From an uncultured Candidatus Saccharibacteria bacterium (GTDB lineage Bacteria > Patescibacteriota > Minisyncoccia > Phycocordibacterales > CAIZLB01), in contig CAZKAF010000001.1 of the NCBI GenBank assembly GCA_964550955.1, positions 568,126 through 632,125 on the forward strand: 64,000 bases of DNA. Direction: 5' to 3'. Positions 1 to 9,609 of this stretch are shown here, one piece after another. Position 1 is the stretch's first letter. Every line of letters begins with the position of its first letter. Below the pieces are notes generated by a model. The model did not search any database and was not told the DNA's origin. It saw only the letters and a program-made list of their open reading frames with translations. A program made the translations under genes and the position numbers.

Positions 1-115
1 AAGATTCCAACGACCAATTTTTTCATGAAAATCAGCTTGAGCCTCGACTATAAGCTGGAAATAAATTTAATATCAAAAACAACAGGCGTCATCCTGAACT
101 CAGAAGGGCTTATAA

Positions 116-862
116 TTAGGCCCGAAAAATCCTCTCTATGAAATCAAAAACGATCGGCCTCGAAGCCTTTCCTGTATAGTGATCCTGTCCTTCCAGGATA
201 TGCAGCTCGTATTTTTTACCGGCTTTGTCCAAAGCTTCGGCAAACAGGCGGGCCTGCTCGACGGAGACGGTCTCGTCCAAGTCGCCGTGAATGATTAGGA
301 CAGGCTTGGCGATATTTTGAACGTTCAAAATCGGAGACCTCTTCGCCATCTCTTCTTCGGAAGCCCCTCCTGTCTCCTCGCTCATGTTGGCCCGTATTTT
401 CTCAGGCTTTGTTGGATTGTTATAATTCCTTTCAAAGTCATACGCTCCGGACTGGCAGACATATGCGCCGGCCAGATTCGGATGAGTGACCGCCAGGGTA
501 GCAGTCACGAGAGCTCCGCGGGAATGGCCCCAGATTATCAGATCGTCCGAGGAAATATTTTCCCTTTTGCAAAAATCTTCCAGAGCTGAGGCTATTGATT
601 CGCAGGTGTTCGGACCGCAATAATCCCTTTCCCCTTGTGATTTTCCGAAGCCGAGCTGCGAAGGAAGCACTGCCGAATGCCCTTTTTCCAAAATATGATC
701 AGCATTCCAAAACTCCTGCCATCCGCCGAACCTGTTGAAGCCATGTATGTAGACCACGGTCTTGCCGCCAGCCTTGCCGCTCTTGAATGACAGCAGTTCC
801 TGCACTCCGGCCGGAACGTCCAGCTCTTCCTGTGAAAAAATATATTCTTTGGTTTTCAGCAT
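116..862 (-). CDS. alpha/beta hydrolase (dienelactone hydrolase / S9 peptidase-like)
   Basis: GHSRG nucleophile elbow (GxSxG), HGFNRFGG, C-terminal HGDLD. The ORF-track ORF runs to 961 and overlaps the tRNA; real start is probably the Met at 860-862 (MLKTKEY). Confidence 0.6.
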   Translation of the reverse strand: MLKTKEYIFSQEELDVPAGVQELLSFKSGKAGGKTVVYIHGFNRFGGWQEFWNADHILEKGHSAVLPSQLGFGKSQGERDYCGPNTCESIASALEDFCKRENISSDDLIIWGHSRGALVTATLAVTHPNLAGAYVCQSGAYDFERNYNNPTKPEKIRANMSEETGGASEEEMAKRSPILNVQNIAKPVLIIHGDLDETVSVEQARLFAEALDKAGKKYELHILEGQDHYTGKASRPIVFDFIERIFRA

Positions 863-882
863 GATTGCTTGAAGATTATCTG

Positions 883-955
883 TGCGAGTACTTGGATTCG
901 AACCAAGGACCGGTCGTGTATAAGACGACTGCTCTACCACCTGAGCTATACTCGC
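883..955 (-). tRNA. tRNA with anticodon TAT (Ile, AUA-reading); 73 nt, no encoded CCA
   Basis: Cloverleaf read by hand: acceptor GCGAGTA/TACTCGC, D-arm GCTC-AGGTGGTA-GAGC, anticodon stem GTCGT/ACGAC with loop CTTATAC (U33, A37), T-arm CTTGG-TTCGAAT-CCAAG, discriminator A. Confidence 0.65.
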
Positions 956-1098
956 ATCCAAGCCGCCGAAGAATGCCTAAAGACATCGGACCCTGACGAC
1001 TTACACTGAATCGAACTTGCAAAACCTCCGCGAGATATTGCCTGCATGTTGCGTGCCTTGATAATACCACCTCGGGAAATTGTTTCAACTGCGCCCGA

Positions 1099-3156
1099 TT
1101 AGGCGAGGATTTCCTCTTTCTTTTTGAGCGGAATGCCGTGAGCAATGAGAATCTTCTCATACTCATCCTGTTCAAGCGTTTCAGCTTCAATAAGCGCCTT
1201 TGAAATGGCCTCGAGCGCGGGCCGCTTGTCGTTGATGATCTGCAGCGCGCGCTCATACGAATCGTTCATAATCTTCGAAACTTCATTGTCGATAGAAAGA
1301 CCGACCGTGTCCGAATAGTCTTTCTCGCCGACGTTCTGTCCGAACAGCGCTCGGCCGCCGGTCGCCTCAAGCGCGACAGGACCTATCTTGTCTGACATGC
1401 CGTACTTTGTAACCATGTCTCGGGCAAGCGCGGTCGCGACCTGAAGGTCGTTTGACGAGCCGGTTGTCAGGTCGCCGAAGATGTTCTTCTCGACGACATA
1501 TCCGCCAAGCGAGACCACGATGTCATCGAGGAATTCTTTCTTGGACTGGAGCTTTCGATCTTCAAGCGGAAGCTTGAGCGTATACCCGGCTGCGCGACCT
1601 CGGGAGATGATGGAAACTTTGTGAACCGGGTCGGCGAATTCGAGCACCGAAGCGAGGATGGCATGACCGGCTTCATGATACGCAGTAAGCTCCTTTTCCC
1701 TCTTTGAGAGAATATGGCTCTGCCGTTCAGGACCGAGCATTACTTTTTCTATGGACCGAATAAGGTCGTACTGGCCGATTTTGGTTCGGCTGTCCCGCGC
1801 CGCGAGGATGGCGCCTTCGTTCATGAGCGAGAACAAGTCAGCGCCGGAGAAACCGGGAGTTCGTTCCGCTATGAGCGGAAGATAGACGTCTTCGGCCATC
1901 GGCTTGTTCTTCGCATGCACCTCAAGGATGGCAAGCCTGTCCTGTCGATCAGGAAGATCGATGGTTACTCGCCGGTCGAACCTGCCCGGTCGAAGAAGCG
2001 CAGGGTCGAGAACGTCCGGCCTGTTCGTCGCGGCCATGACGATAACTTTCTCATTCGGCTCGAAGCCGTCCATCTCGACGAGAATCTGGTTCAGCGTCTG
2101 CTCTCGCTCGTCATTTCCTCCTCCCATGCCTGCGCCTCGGGCTCGTCCGACCGCGTCAATCTCATCGATAAAGATGATGGCTGGAGCAGTGCCTTTCGCG
2201 ACCTTGAACAGGTCTCGAACTCGCGAAGCGCCGACGCCGACGAACATTTCCACGAACTCCGAACCTGACATCGAGAAGAATGCCACGCCAGCTTCGCCTG
2301 CCACGGCGCGAGCAAGAAGCGTCTTTCCAGTACCGGGCGCGCCCATGAGAAGGATGCCTTTCGGAATGCGCGCGCCGATGTCCAAGAACTTTTTAGGATT
2401 TTTGAGGAAGTCCACTATCTCAGCCAGTTCCTGCTTTGCTTCCTTGGCGCCAGCAACATCTTTAAAAGTGATCTTGACCTTGTTGTCTTCAGGCAATGTC
2501 ATGCGAGCCCGCGACTGGCCAAAACTGAGCGCCTGAACTCCGGCACCGCGAGCCTGTCGAGTCAAGAACCAGATCATGAAGAAGAACAGAAGAATGGGGA
2601 AAAGGAACGGAAGCGTGTTGAGCAGCCAGTACCCCATGCCCTTGTCTTCCCCGTTCTCGATCTTTACCGCGGATATCTTTTCCGGAGCGACGCCCAAGTT
2701 TGCAAAAGTCTCGATGAGAGAGCTTTGCGCCTCCTTGGTAGTCTCCTTCTTAGACTGATCCGCGTATGTCGCAGAAACCTCGTCGTTTACGACCGTTATG
2801 TCCGTGACTCGTCCGGCCGAAACGTCGCTCGCAAGCTCAGTAATGCTGATCTTCTGGATTTCAACTTCAGGTCCGGCCGTATACGTATAGAGCGCGATGA
2901 TGGCCATGAACACCAAGACAGACCCGACAATGTTATTGAAGAAAGTTCCCCTTTCGCCTTTCTTGGGAGCGGGAGCTTGGCCCAAGCCGCGCCTGAAGCC
3001 CGGAAACCCCTTTTTCGGAAGCTGGTTTTGCAGCTCTTTCTGGGCAGATTCCGGGTCTTTTTGCGGCTCATTTTGGCTTGCCTGGGGACCTGCCTGAGAG
3101 GCGTCCAAGTCCTTATTTTTATGGTTATAATACCTGTTCTTGTCTTTATTGCTCAT
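1099..3156 (-). CDS. ftsH: ATP-dependent zinc metalloprotease FtsH
   Basis: Walker [12 protein letters not shown]+ SRH region, Zn site HEAGHA, two TM segments. Long low-complexity N-terminus. Start chosen at MSNKDK. Confidence 0.9.
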   Translation of the reverse strand: MSNKDKNRYYNHKNKDLDASQAGPQASQNEPQKDPESAQKELQNQLPKKGFPGFRRGLGQAPAPKKGERGTFFNNIVGSVLVFMAIIALYTYTAGPEVEIQKISITELASDVSAGRVTDITVVNDEVSATYADQSKKETTKEAQSSLIETFANLGVAPEKISAVKIENGEDKGMGYWLLNTLPFLFPILLFFFMIWFLTRQARGAGVQALSFGQSRARMTLPEDNKVKITFKDVAGAKEAKQELAEIVDFLKNPKKFLDIGARIPKGILLMGAPGTGKTLLARAVAGEAGVAFFSMSGSEFVEMFVGVGASRVRDLFKVAKGTAPAIIFIDEIDAVGRARGAGMGGGNDEREQTLNQILVEMDGFEPNEKVIVMAATNRPDVLDPALLRPGRFDRRVTIDLPDRQDRLAILEVHAKNKPMAEDVYLPLIAERTPGFSGADLFSLMNEGAILAARDSRTKIGQYDLIRSIEKVMLGPERQSHILSKREKELTAYHEAGHAILASVLEFADPVHKVSIISRGRAAGYTLKLPLEDRKLQSKKEFLDDIVVSLGGYVVEKNIFGDLTTGSSNDLQVATALARDMVTKYGMSDKIGPVALEATGGRALFGQNVGEKDYSDTVGLSIDNEVSKIMNDSYERALQIINDKRPALEAISKALIEAETLEQDEYEKILIAHGIPLKKKEEILA

Positions 3157-3195
3157 ATATGCCGTCCAGTATAACACAGGTATTTATGTCTTGCA

Positions 3196-3223
3196 TTGAC
3201 AAAATTGAATAAAAGTGTAATAT
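3196..3223 (+). promoter_or_regulatory. sigma70-like promoter TTGACA-N16-TAATAT
   Basis: -35 TTGACA at 3196-3201 and -10 TAATAT at 3218-3223. Sits in the ftsH/smpB divergent region; downstream is a structured ORF-poor stretch. Confidence 0.4.
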
Positions 3224-3229
3224 TCAGAG

Positions 3230-3560
3230 CGCTGTGAAATTTGCTAGGAGACCTAGAAGTGGTCACAGCCACAAAACTCGCTCTTCCTCGGCAAAATTTT
3301 GTGCGGATGATGATCCTCACTGTTGTTGGTTGCGGGATTGTCAACAAAGCCCCTGCTGGTTTCTGGTCCGCTTCAGGACCAGCAGGGGCCCTTGAGGCCC
3401 AAGTTCTTTCGCCTCGGTCTGCAGACCAAGGCACTCGCATTAAATTGCATTCACATACCGACCGCTCCATCCCGGGGCGGTTTTCTTTTGCCCGCCTTTT
3501 TTTGGCCGGCAGGGAAAGTTTTTTTAAGCCTTTATTAAGCCGAGCGTTCGGCTTAAGCCC
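3230..3560 (+). ncRNA. candidate structured ncRNA of unknown class
   Basis: About 330 nt downstream of a consensus promoter, before smpB. Long perfect hairpins: 3350-3389 (cccctgctggt...accagcagggg) and 3535-3556 (ttaagccga-gcgt-tcggcttaa). Terminal 5'/3' complementarity gagcgctgtg...cacag...cgctc. Only arginine-rich spurious ORFs. Confidence 0.3.
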
Positions 3561-3703
3561 TTGAGCCCGCTTGCAGGGCAAGAGATTTGATATACTGTTG
3601 TAAAGCTCAGATGCCATATCTGGCTCAAATCAGGTTCGACGCGGGCCCGAGTTCGGGTTCACGAGCGACGACCGATATGCCGTCAGGTCGCCCCATAAAA
3701 GCA

Positions 3704-4156
3704 ATGAAACACAAGACCATTTTCATAAACAATAAAAAAGCATTCTTCAACTATGAAATCCAGGAAAGCCTGGAAGCGGGCATAGAGCTTTTTGGGCATG
3801 AAGTAAAATCAGTGAAAGAGGGCCACGGCTCGCTTGAAGGATCATATGTTCAGGTCAAGGAAGGCGAAGCTTTTCTGACGAACATGCGGATTTCGCCCTA
3901 TCAGCAGCTCAATACCCCTAAGGATTACGACCAGAATCGCCCAAGAAAGCTGCTCCTCCGTAAAAAGCAAATCGCGATGCTGAGCAGCATAGAGGGAGGC
4001 AAAGGCCAGACTGTCATTCCTATCGCCCTGTATAACAGCGCAGGCCGCGTAAAAGTCGAAATAGGCATCGCTCGCGGAAAGAAGCTTCATGACAAGCGGG
4101 AAACGATCAAGAAGCGGGATACCGACAGGGAGATTCGGAGGGAGATGAAAAGATAG
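3704..4156 (+). CDS. smpB: SsrA-binding protein SmpB
   Basis: KTIFINNKKAFFNYEI...GIELFGHEVKS motif typical of SmpB. Start at MKHKT; extended -10 TGATATACT at about 3588. Confidence 0.85.
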   Translation: MKHKTIFINNKKAFFNYEIQESLEAGIELFGHEVKSVKEGHGSLEGSYVQVKEGEAFLTNMRISPYQQLNTPKDYDQNRPRKLLLRKKQIAMLSSIEGGKGQTVIPIALYNSAGRVKVEIGIARGKKLHDKRETIKKRDTDREIRREMKR

Positions 4157-4370
4157 CGGAACATAAAACGCCGCCTGCATGCTTCAGCTGGCGGCTGGGC
4201 GCCCATGAATTGTCAACGCTGCCGCGCGATGGTAATATCTTTTCGGTTCGGTCGTCTTATTTAATGCAACGGGCGAGAAGAGCGAAGGTAGAAAGCTAAA
4301 GACTTTCCAAGCCACCCTCTCTCGCCTATTGCACGTTGAATCCGGCACTTTTACAATCAAACACAAATAT

Positions 4371-4820
4371 GGGGGTGACAGGCATCGACATGTTAGTTCC
4401 TCTGTTATGTGCGCAATCGAGTTTTCTATAACCTCGTTAAACTTATAGGAAACCTAAGTGCTAATGCACGAAAAGCGGTCGCTTCTCCATTCTTTGGAGT
4501 GAACGATTTCGCATTTGCGACGGCTCGAGCCTAACTTCAGTTACGCTCCCCTAGCAACGTTCCGCTTCTCCTTGTTCGCTGGAGAGGCCGGGGCGATATA
4601 CCCGCGAAATAGGCTGATGAACCTCTTCACTCATCCGCCAAAACCATAGAAGATCGGCATCCTGACGTTTCGCTCTCTTTATAGTCAGAATGCTCAAAGC
4701 GTGACTGCCTTCGGATCCCATTAAGATCTCCGCCGGCCTCGGCATGCGAAAAGCTAGCTACATTGCGTAGACTCATTCCAGAACCTGACATGCACGCGAG
4801 TTCGAATCTCGCCACTTCCA
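4371..4820 (+). ncRNA. ssrA: tmRNA (ssrA)
   Basis: Lies right after smpB. 5' GGGGGTGACAGGCATCGAC; 3' T-arm GCGAG-TTCGAAT-CTCGC; acceptor CACTTCC pairs with GGGGGTG via two G-U; discriminator A. Candidate tag ORF ...AACGATTTCGCATTTGCGACGGCTCGAGCCTAA (NDFAFATARA*). Confidence 0.7.
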
Positions 4821-4876
4821 CTAATAAAATGCCCGCCGCAAGGTGGGTTGTTTTATTCTTGCTGAACCGCAGAAGC

Positions 4877-5122
4877 TTAAGGCAACAAAAACGGCCAGAG
4901 GTGCCCAAACTTCCATATCACCATTGCCAGGAATGCGAACATTAACACGGATATGACAGCGAGAATGATTTTATCGATAATGCGAGCCTGGCCTTTTCTC
5001 GCTCTTCTTATCGCGAAGAAAAGGAAGGGAATTAATGCAAGGAATATTGCTCCGGTTATGAGCCAAAGAATGAAAGCTGGCCCTACGCTGTACGTAACCG
5101 AACCTGCAGTTTGCGTAAACAT
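4877..5122 (-). CDS. small two-TM membrane protein (hypothetical)
   Basis: 81 aa with two hydrophobic helices. Co-directional and downstream of the GT2 gene. Confidence 0.35.
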   Translation of the reverse strand: MFTQTAGSVTYSVGPAFILWLITGAIFLALIPFLFFAIRRARKGQARIIDKIILAVISVLMFAFLAMVIWKFGHLWPFLLP

Positions 5123-5198
5123 GAATCAATTGTATCCGAAATTCAGTCTCTGACAATCATGAAGACCTGAATGGCACCCGGAAAAGACGCAGGCGGAA

Positions 5199-5942
5199 TT
5201 AAACTTGCCGCTTCTTATCACGAATTGACAGGAGCAGTGACAATTTACCCCTAAATCCCCTCACCCATTCCCGCACGTTATACCCGATATACAATCTCAC
5301 CCACGCGACGATCAAATCGCGTATCATGAACATTCTCTGGTACAAGCCCCAAATCAGCCCCCTCTTCTTTTCCTTTACCACCTGCCGCAGGCCCTTGAAC
5401 GTGCGAGCTTCCACGCGGGCGCCCGCTTTTTTGGCAAAGAAGTTCAAGGCGAGCTCAATTCCGAACCTTTTCATGTACTTCTTAGGAACAGAATGCCAGA
5501 CGCTTTTCCTCATCACCCGAAGGCCGGCTATCAGGGGCAAGGATTTGATGAAACTTTCTGGAAAGAATGCTCCATGGTCAGTGATGAGAACATACATGTC
5601 CGCCCCATCGTCCTGCACCCCGGAAATGGCAGCGCTCATCATCTCATGAGTAAGCCCGACTATGTCGGCATCTATGAAAAATATGATGCCGCCCGAAGAT
5701 TTCCTGACTCCGGTATCCATGGCCGCGGCCTTGCCCAAATTTTTAGAATGCGCAAGAACCTTCGCGCCCGCTTCCCGGGAAAACGCGACAGTATTGTCCC
5801 TCGAGCCGTCATCGATGACCAGGACCTCTCCCACCGACGGATGCCCCAAGGCGGTCCGCACGACGTTCCCGACAGTCCTCCCCTCATTGAAAGCGGGAAT
5901 GATTACCGAAACATTTTCTTTTGCACCAAGTATTTCACGCAT
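5199..5942 (-). CDS. family 2 glycosyltransferase (dolichyl/polyprenyl-phosphate sugar transferase-like)
   Basis: VSVIIPAFNE...VIDDGSRDNT...IDADI GT-A DxD architecture. Confidence 0.8.
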   Translation of the reverse strand: MREILGAKENVSVIIPAFNEGRTVGNVVRTALGHPSVGEVLVIDDGSRDNTVAFSREAGAKVLAHSKNLGKAAAMDTGVRKSSGGIIFFIDADIVGLTHEMMSAAISGVQDDGADMYVLITDHGAFFPESFIKSLPLIAGLRVMRKSVWHSVPKKYMKRFGIELALNFFAKKAGARVEARTFKGLRQVVKEKKRGLIWGLYQRMFMIRDLIVAWVRLYIGYNVREWVRGFRGKLSLLLSIRDKKRQV

Positions 5943-6472
5943 AAGTTAATTGCTATCACGAAGCCGACGAAGGCGATCAGGGAAACTTTGACTCCGCTTA
6001 ATATGTAATTCGAAGCCGCGCCGCTGACAGAAAGGGCGATCGCATAAAGGAACAGGACATATGCCACCGTGCCGGCGACATTGACGGCCAGATACTTCCA
6101 GGGATTCACGCGCTTGATTCCGCATACGACCTGGGCGAGTATCCTCGTTCCGTACACGAACTTTGAGAAAAACAAGATGCGCAAGCCGTACTTGCCGAAC
6201 AATCGCGAAAGATTCTCAAACGAAGACTCGTGCTCCTTTACCCTTCTCCAGTTCCTTATCTTACCCAAAGGGGCGATTCGGGCAAGATAATACCACGCCA
6301 AATCCGAGATAAGGGTCGCGGCCACGCTGATAAGGACGACTTCGGATATGCCTATGTTTCCCTCCAGGGAATAATGGATGACCGGCAGCAGCACCGTTTC
6401 CCCCAAGAGGAACATGCCTATAAACAAGGATATTTGATAATTTTCCAGAATGACGCGGATAATTTCGGCCAT
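5903..6472 (-). CDS. DedA/VTT-family membrane protein
   Basis: Multi-TM; KFVYGTRILAQVVCGI resembles the DedA R-x-IPG-x-R motif. Overlaps the GT2 start by 40 nt. Confidence 0.5.
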   Translation of the reverse strand: MAEIIRVILENYQISLFIGMFLLGETVLLPVIHYSLEGNIGISEVVLISVAATLISDLAWYYLARIAPLGKIRNWRRVKEHESSFENLSRLFGKYGLRILFFSKFVYGTRILAQVVCGIKRVNPWKYLAVNVAGTVAYVLFLYAIALSVSGAASNYILSGVKVSLIAFVGFVIAINLCVKYLVQKKMFR

Positions 6473-6570
6473 AGTTGCATATTATGACGAGCGAACCCGG
6501 CTGACATGACATTCGTTTGAATCATTCAAAGAATCCTATGACGTGATCCTCATGGACGGCGACGCTTCAA

Positions 6571-6600
6571 TTGATTTGAAAGAATTTCGTCTGCTATAAT
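6571..6600 (+). promoter_or_regulatory. promoter TTGATT-N18-TATAAT, leaderless start
   Basis: -10 TATAAT ends 7 nt before the ATG at 6608. Confidence 0.4.
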
Positions 6601-6607
6601 CATTCCC

Positions 6608-7165
6608 ATGTACGAAGTTGAATGCAAGGTAGAGATTACGGAGGAAGAAAAGGAGGGTCTTATAAAGCTTTTCAAAGAAAGGGGCTTTGCCGCGGAAGGC
6701 ACGGACCAGCAGAACGATTATTACGTGGAGGCAAAGGACTCCCCCGTCTATGAGGGCTACGACCTCAAGAGGTACCGGGATGAAAGCGGAACGATTTTTT
6801 ATACGGAAAAGATATGGGAAATGGCAGGAGGCGTTCCGGCGCGCAAAGAACTCGAGCATGAAGTGACGCGAGAAGAGTTCGAATCTGAAATTGCAAAATT
6901 CCCGAATTCAATCAACATACGGAAGCGGCGGGAATGGTTTGCCGGAAAGCACGGCGATGCGGACGTAAGCGTCACGATCGACAGCGTGAAATTCGACCAC
7001 TCCCCGGGCTTAAGATATTTTATCGAGGCCGAAACAAATACAAATGACATCGACGAGGTGAAAGCGCTCAAGGATGCCATGATTGAGTTTCTCAAGGATG
7101 TTCTCGGCAAGGACCAAATCATCGAATCTCCCGGCATGTTCACCATGGCCCTCAAGAAGAGATAG
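6608..7165 (+). CDS. CYTH-domain protein (triphosphate tunnel metalloenzyme / class IV adenylate cyclase-like)
   Basis: N-terminal YEVECKVEI (ExExK), C-terminal RYFIEAE. Confidence 0.6.
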   Translation: MYEVECKVEITEEEKEGLIKLFKERGFAAEGTDQQNDYYVEAKDSPVYEGYDLKRYRDESGTIFYTEKIWEMAGGVPARKELEHEVTREEFESEIAKFPNSINIRKRREWFAGKHGDADVSVTIDSVKFDHSPGLRYFIEAETNTNDIDEVKALKDAMIEFLKDVLGKDQIIESPGMFTMALKKR

Positions 7166-7281
7166 GCATGGGCTCGAGGCGCTTTGTCATGGCACCACAG
7201 AAGCTGTTCGACGAATATTACCCCATCGAAACCGACATGAACGTCGCAAATGAGTTTATCTTTAATCTGTTCAAATAAATT

Positions 7282-7290
7282 TGCTATACT
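7282..7290 (+). promoter_or_regulatory. extended -10 promoter TGcTATACT, leaderless start
   Basis: TATACT ends 6 nt before the ATG at 7297. Confidence 0.35.
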
Positions 7291-7296
7291 TGACCC

Positions 7297-7872
7297 ATGA
7301 ATCCCGACCTGGAAAAACTCATCGAGCTCTCCTATTCCTTCAGGGCCGTCGACCGCGACATCTATTATCCCGGCCAGGAAAAGGCGGAAAACGACGCCGA
7401 GCATGCATATCAGCTGACGCTTCTCGCTTGGCATGTCATGGAGCTGGACGGTCTCAAGCTGGACCAGGCCAAAGTCTTCAAGCTCTGCCTCGCCCATGAC
7501 CTTGTCGAAGTGCATTCCGGCGACGTGCCGCTTTGGGGCAAAGCAGGACATGATGAAAAAGCCGAACGGGAGCTCGCGGCCCTAAACACGCTCAAGGAAA
7601 GCTTCGGCAAAACGCCCGAGCTCGCGGAAGCAATTGCCGAGTATAAAGCCAGAGAAACGGATGAAGCTAAGTTCGTATACGGACTCGACAAGCTCATTCC
7701 CTTCCTTAATCAACTCAAGACCGAGGGCAGAATCTGGAAGGCGCACGATGTCACCTTGGACCAGGCGGTCGCCAAGCTCGAAGCTCAGGGCAAAGCCTCC
7801 GAATATCTCACGAAATACTTCGATGAAGCTCTCGCCCATCTCAAGGCGAACGAGAGCACTTATTTTAACTAA
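7297..7872 (+). CDS. HD-domain phosphohydrolase (YfbR-like 5'-deoxynucleotidase family)
   Basis: H...HD...D motifs: EHAYQLTLLAWHV, CLAHDLVEVHSGDV. Confidence 0.6.
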   Translation: MNPDLEKLIELSYSFRAVDRDIYYPGQEKAENDAEHAYQLTLLAWHVMELDGLKLDQAKVFKLCLAHDLVEVHSGDVPLWGKAGHDEKAERELAALNTLKESFGKTPELAEAIAEYKARETDEAKFVYGLDKLIPFLNQLKTEGRIWKAHDVTLDQAVAKLEAQGKASEYLTKYFDEALAHLKANESTYFN

Positions 7873-7989
7873 AGTTTGCTCTTTCTCCCCATATGTGACA
7901 CACTTAGAGCAACAAAGAGCTATGATTCGAAAACGTCGAATTTGAAACCATCCTATTTGTATATTATCAGCATAACTTAAACTCAACCC

Positions 7990-8187
7990 ATGAAAGGAAC
8001 AATCAAGAAAATTATGGACAAAGGTTTCGGTTTCATCGCTCCAGAAAACGGAGGGAAGGATATCTTCTTTCACTCTAACTCTCTTGTAGACGTGCAGTTC
8101 AACGACTTGCGTGAAGGTGACCCCGTATCTTTCGAAGTAGAAGACAGTGAAAAAGGACCAAACGCGGTAAACGTTCAGCGAGCGTAA
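7990..8187 (+). CDS. cold-shock protein (CspA family)
   Basis: GTIKKIMDKGFGFI...DIFFH RNP motifs; 65 aa. Confidence 0.9.
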   Translation: MKGTIKKIMDKGFGFIAPENGGKDIFFHSNSLVDVQFNDLREGDPVSFEVEDSEKGPNAVNVQRA

Positions 8188-8200
8188 GCCACATTTCAAA

Positions 8201-8232
8201 AGACCGCCCTGCAGAGGGCGGTCTTTTGTTTT
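8201..8232 (+). terminator. rho-independent terminator
   Basis: agaccgccct-gcag-agggcggtct followed by TTTTGTTTT. Confidence 0.7.
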
Positions 8233-8287
8233 ATCTTGCTCATGATCGCGAGGCCGGACGGCAAGGCAAGGTTCGCCGAAACTTGAG

Positions 8288-8701
8288 CTACTTCTGCCCG
8301 GAACCGGATTCAGCCTCAGATTTTCCGGCATCGTGCGAAGCATAATGTCCATGTTCCGCCTTGTGCTTCGAATCCCCTTCTTTTGCCTCCTTGGCATCCC
8401 TGACTTTGTCGAATTTTCGCGCGACGAATATCAGGTAGGCCAGCTCCAAGATTCCGAACGTGTTTATGACGAGAAGCGCGACGAACCACCACTTCTCATT
8501 TCTCTTTGCAGCCGTCCAAAGCGCGTAGCCTTTTACGACAATCGTCCAGACCAGGGCGATGACGAAAAGGACCGTTATGAGCGAGAAGCTGAGCAATGCC
8601 GTGGGGCCGAAATCGAAGAAATCGGCGCCTCCCCTTCCGAAGTGCATGTCATTCATGTGCCTCGGACCGTCTGAAAACCAAACATTTTTGTTGTACATCA
8701 T
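8288..8701 (-). CDS. hypothetical membrane protein
   Basis: Three predicted TM helices and a charged Lys/Glu/His-rich C-terminal tail. The antisense ORF 8333-8674 was rejected. Confidence 0.45.
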   Translation of the reverse strand: MMYNKNVWFSDGPRHMNDMHFGRGGADFFDFGPTALLSFSLITVLFVIALVWTIVVKGYALWTAAKRNEKWWFVALLVINTFGILELAYLIFVARKFDKVRDAKEAKEGDSKHKAEHGHYASHDAGKSEAESGSGQK

Positions 8702-8830
8702 GGTACCTGAATTATATCATCAAATTTGAATTTTTCATGAACTTCATATGCTGCTTGCGACAACGAGCTCGCCTGTCCCGCCTCCGGTATCCATGGCCGC
8801 GGCCTTGCCTGGGGTTTTTGTTTTATTGGC

Positions 8831-8838
8831 TGTATAAT
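8831..8838 (+). promoter_or_regulatory. extended -10 TGTATAAT
   Basis: 9 nt upstream of the ATG at 8848. Confidence 0.4.
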
Positions 8839-8847
8839 GTTCCCGAC

Positions 8848-9525
8848 ATGGCAAGAAAAATATTTTACATGGTGCGGCACGGCGAGAGCCTCCTGAACGC
8901 CGCGCACATTCGGCAGGGATTCGAAGGAAGCCTGAGCGAGCTCGGAAAGGAGCAGGCGCGGCAAACCGGCCAGCGGCTGAAGAAAGTGAAGTTCGATGCT
9001 GTCCTCGTGAGCCCGTACGAGAGGACCGTCGAAACGGCCGAGCTGATACTTTCGGAGCTCAAGCATAAGAAGCCCCTCGAATTCTCGAACCTGCTTGTCG
9101 AGCGGAAGAATCCGAGCGAAATCGTGAACAAGCGCGCCGAAGATCCGGAAGTCAGGAAGATAGTGGACCTCATCGACCGGAGCGTGCACGACGACTCATA
9201 CAGATATTCGGACGAGGAGAATTTCGCAGACCTGAAGAAGCGCGCAAAGACCTTGCTCACCTATCTTGCGACAAGGCCGGAGAAAAAGCTGCTCGTCGTT
9301 ACCCACAGCATCTTCCTGAAGATGGTCGCGGCGTATATCATCAAGGGGGAGGCGCTGACCGCCAAGCAGTACAATCTCCTCAGCTACCTGAACGCATCGA
9401 ACAATGCGTCGATAACCATAATCGAATACGATGGCGGATGGCTCGGGAACGGATGGCTCGGCAAGACATTCTATCCGCCGGAAAGCAGGTGGAAAATGAT
9501 TGCCTGGGACGATTACACCCGCTAG
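8848..9525 (+). CDS. histidine phosphatase (phosphoglycerate mutase superfamily)
   Basis: N-terminal MVRHGES (RHG catalytic motif) ...LVSPYERTVETA. The ORF-track start at 8596 is unlikely. Confidence 0.7.
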   Translation: MARKIFYMVRHGESLLNAAHIRQGFEGSLSELGKEQARQTGQRLKKVKFDAVLVSPYERTVETAELILSELKHKKPLEFSNLLVERKNPSEIVNKRAEDPEVRKIVDLIDRSVHDDSYRYSDEENFADLKKRAKTLLTYLATRPEKKLLVVTHSIFLKMVAAYIIKGEALTAKQYNLLSYLNASNNASITIIEYDGGWLGNGWLGKTFYPPESRWKMIAWDDYTR

Positions 9526-9609
9526 AGAGCGGCCGCGCAAGGCCGAGGACGCGAGAAAAAGCGCCCGACGTTAATGAGTTCGCAAAGATGGTGTATCATA
9601 TGGTAATAC

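Noticed and set aside
1467-3174. Multiple ORF-track ORFs on both strands (e.g. 1714-2268+, 1904-2536+, 2725-3174+, 2796-3071-) inside ftsH.
   Set aside because: Fully nested in or antisense to the well-supported FtsH frame; Arg/Ser-rich low-complexity translations typical of out-of-frame reads.
3241-3564. 107-aa and 71-aa plus-strand ORFs in the ftsH/smpB spacer.
   Set aside because: The region is dominated by long perfect hairpins and the translations are Arg/Pro/Leu-rich. It is interpreted as a structured RNA rather than protein-coding.
4184-4945. Small ORFs (4184-4366-, 4551-4745-, 4627-4908-, 4763-4945+) between smpB and the GT2 cluster.
   Set aside because: They overlap the tmRNA gene (4371-4820) and have no coding-like composition.
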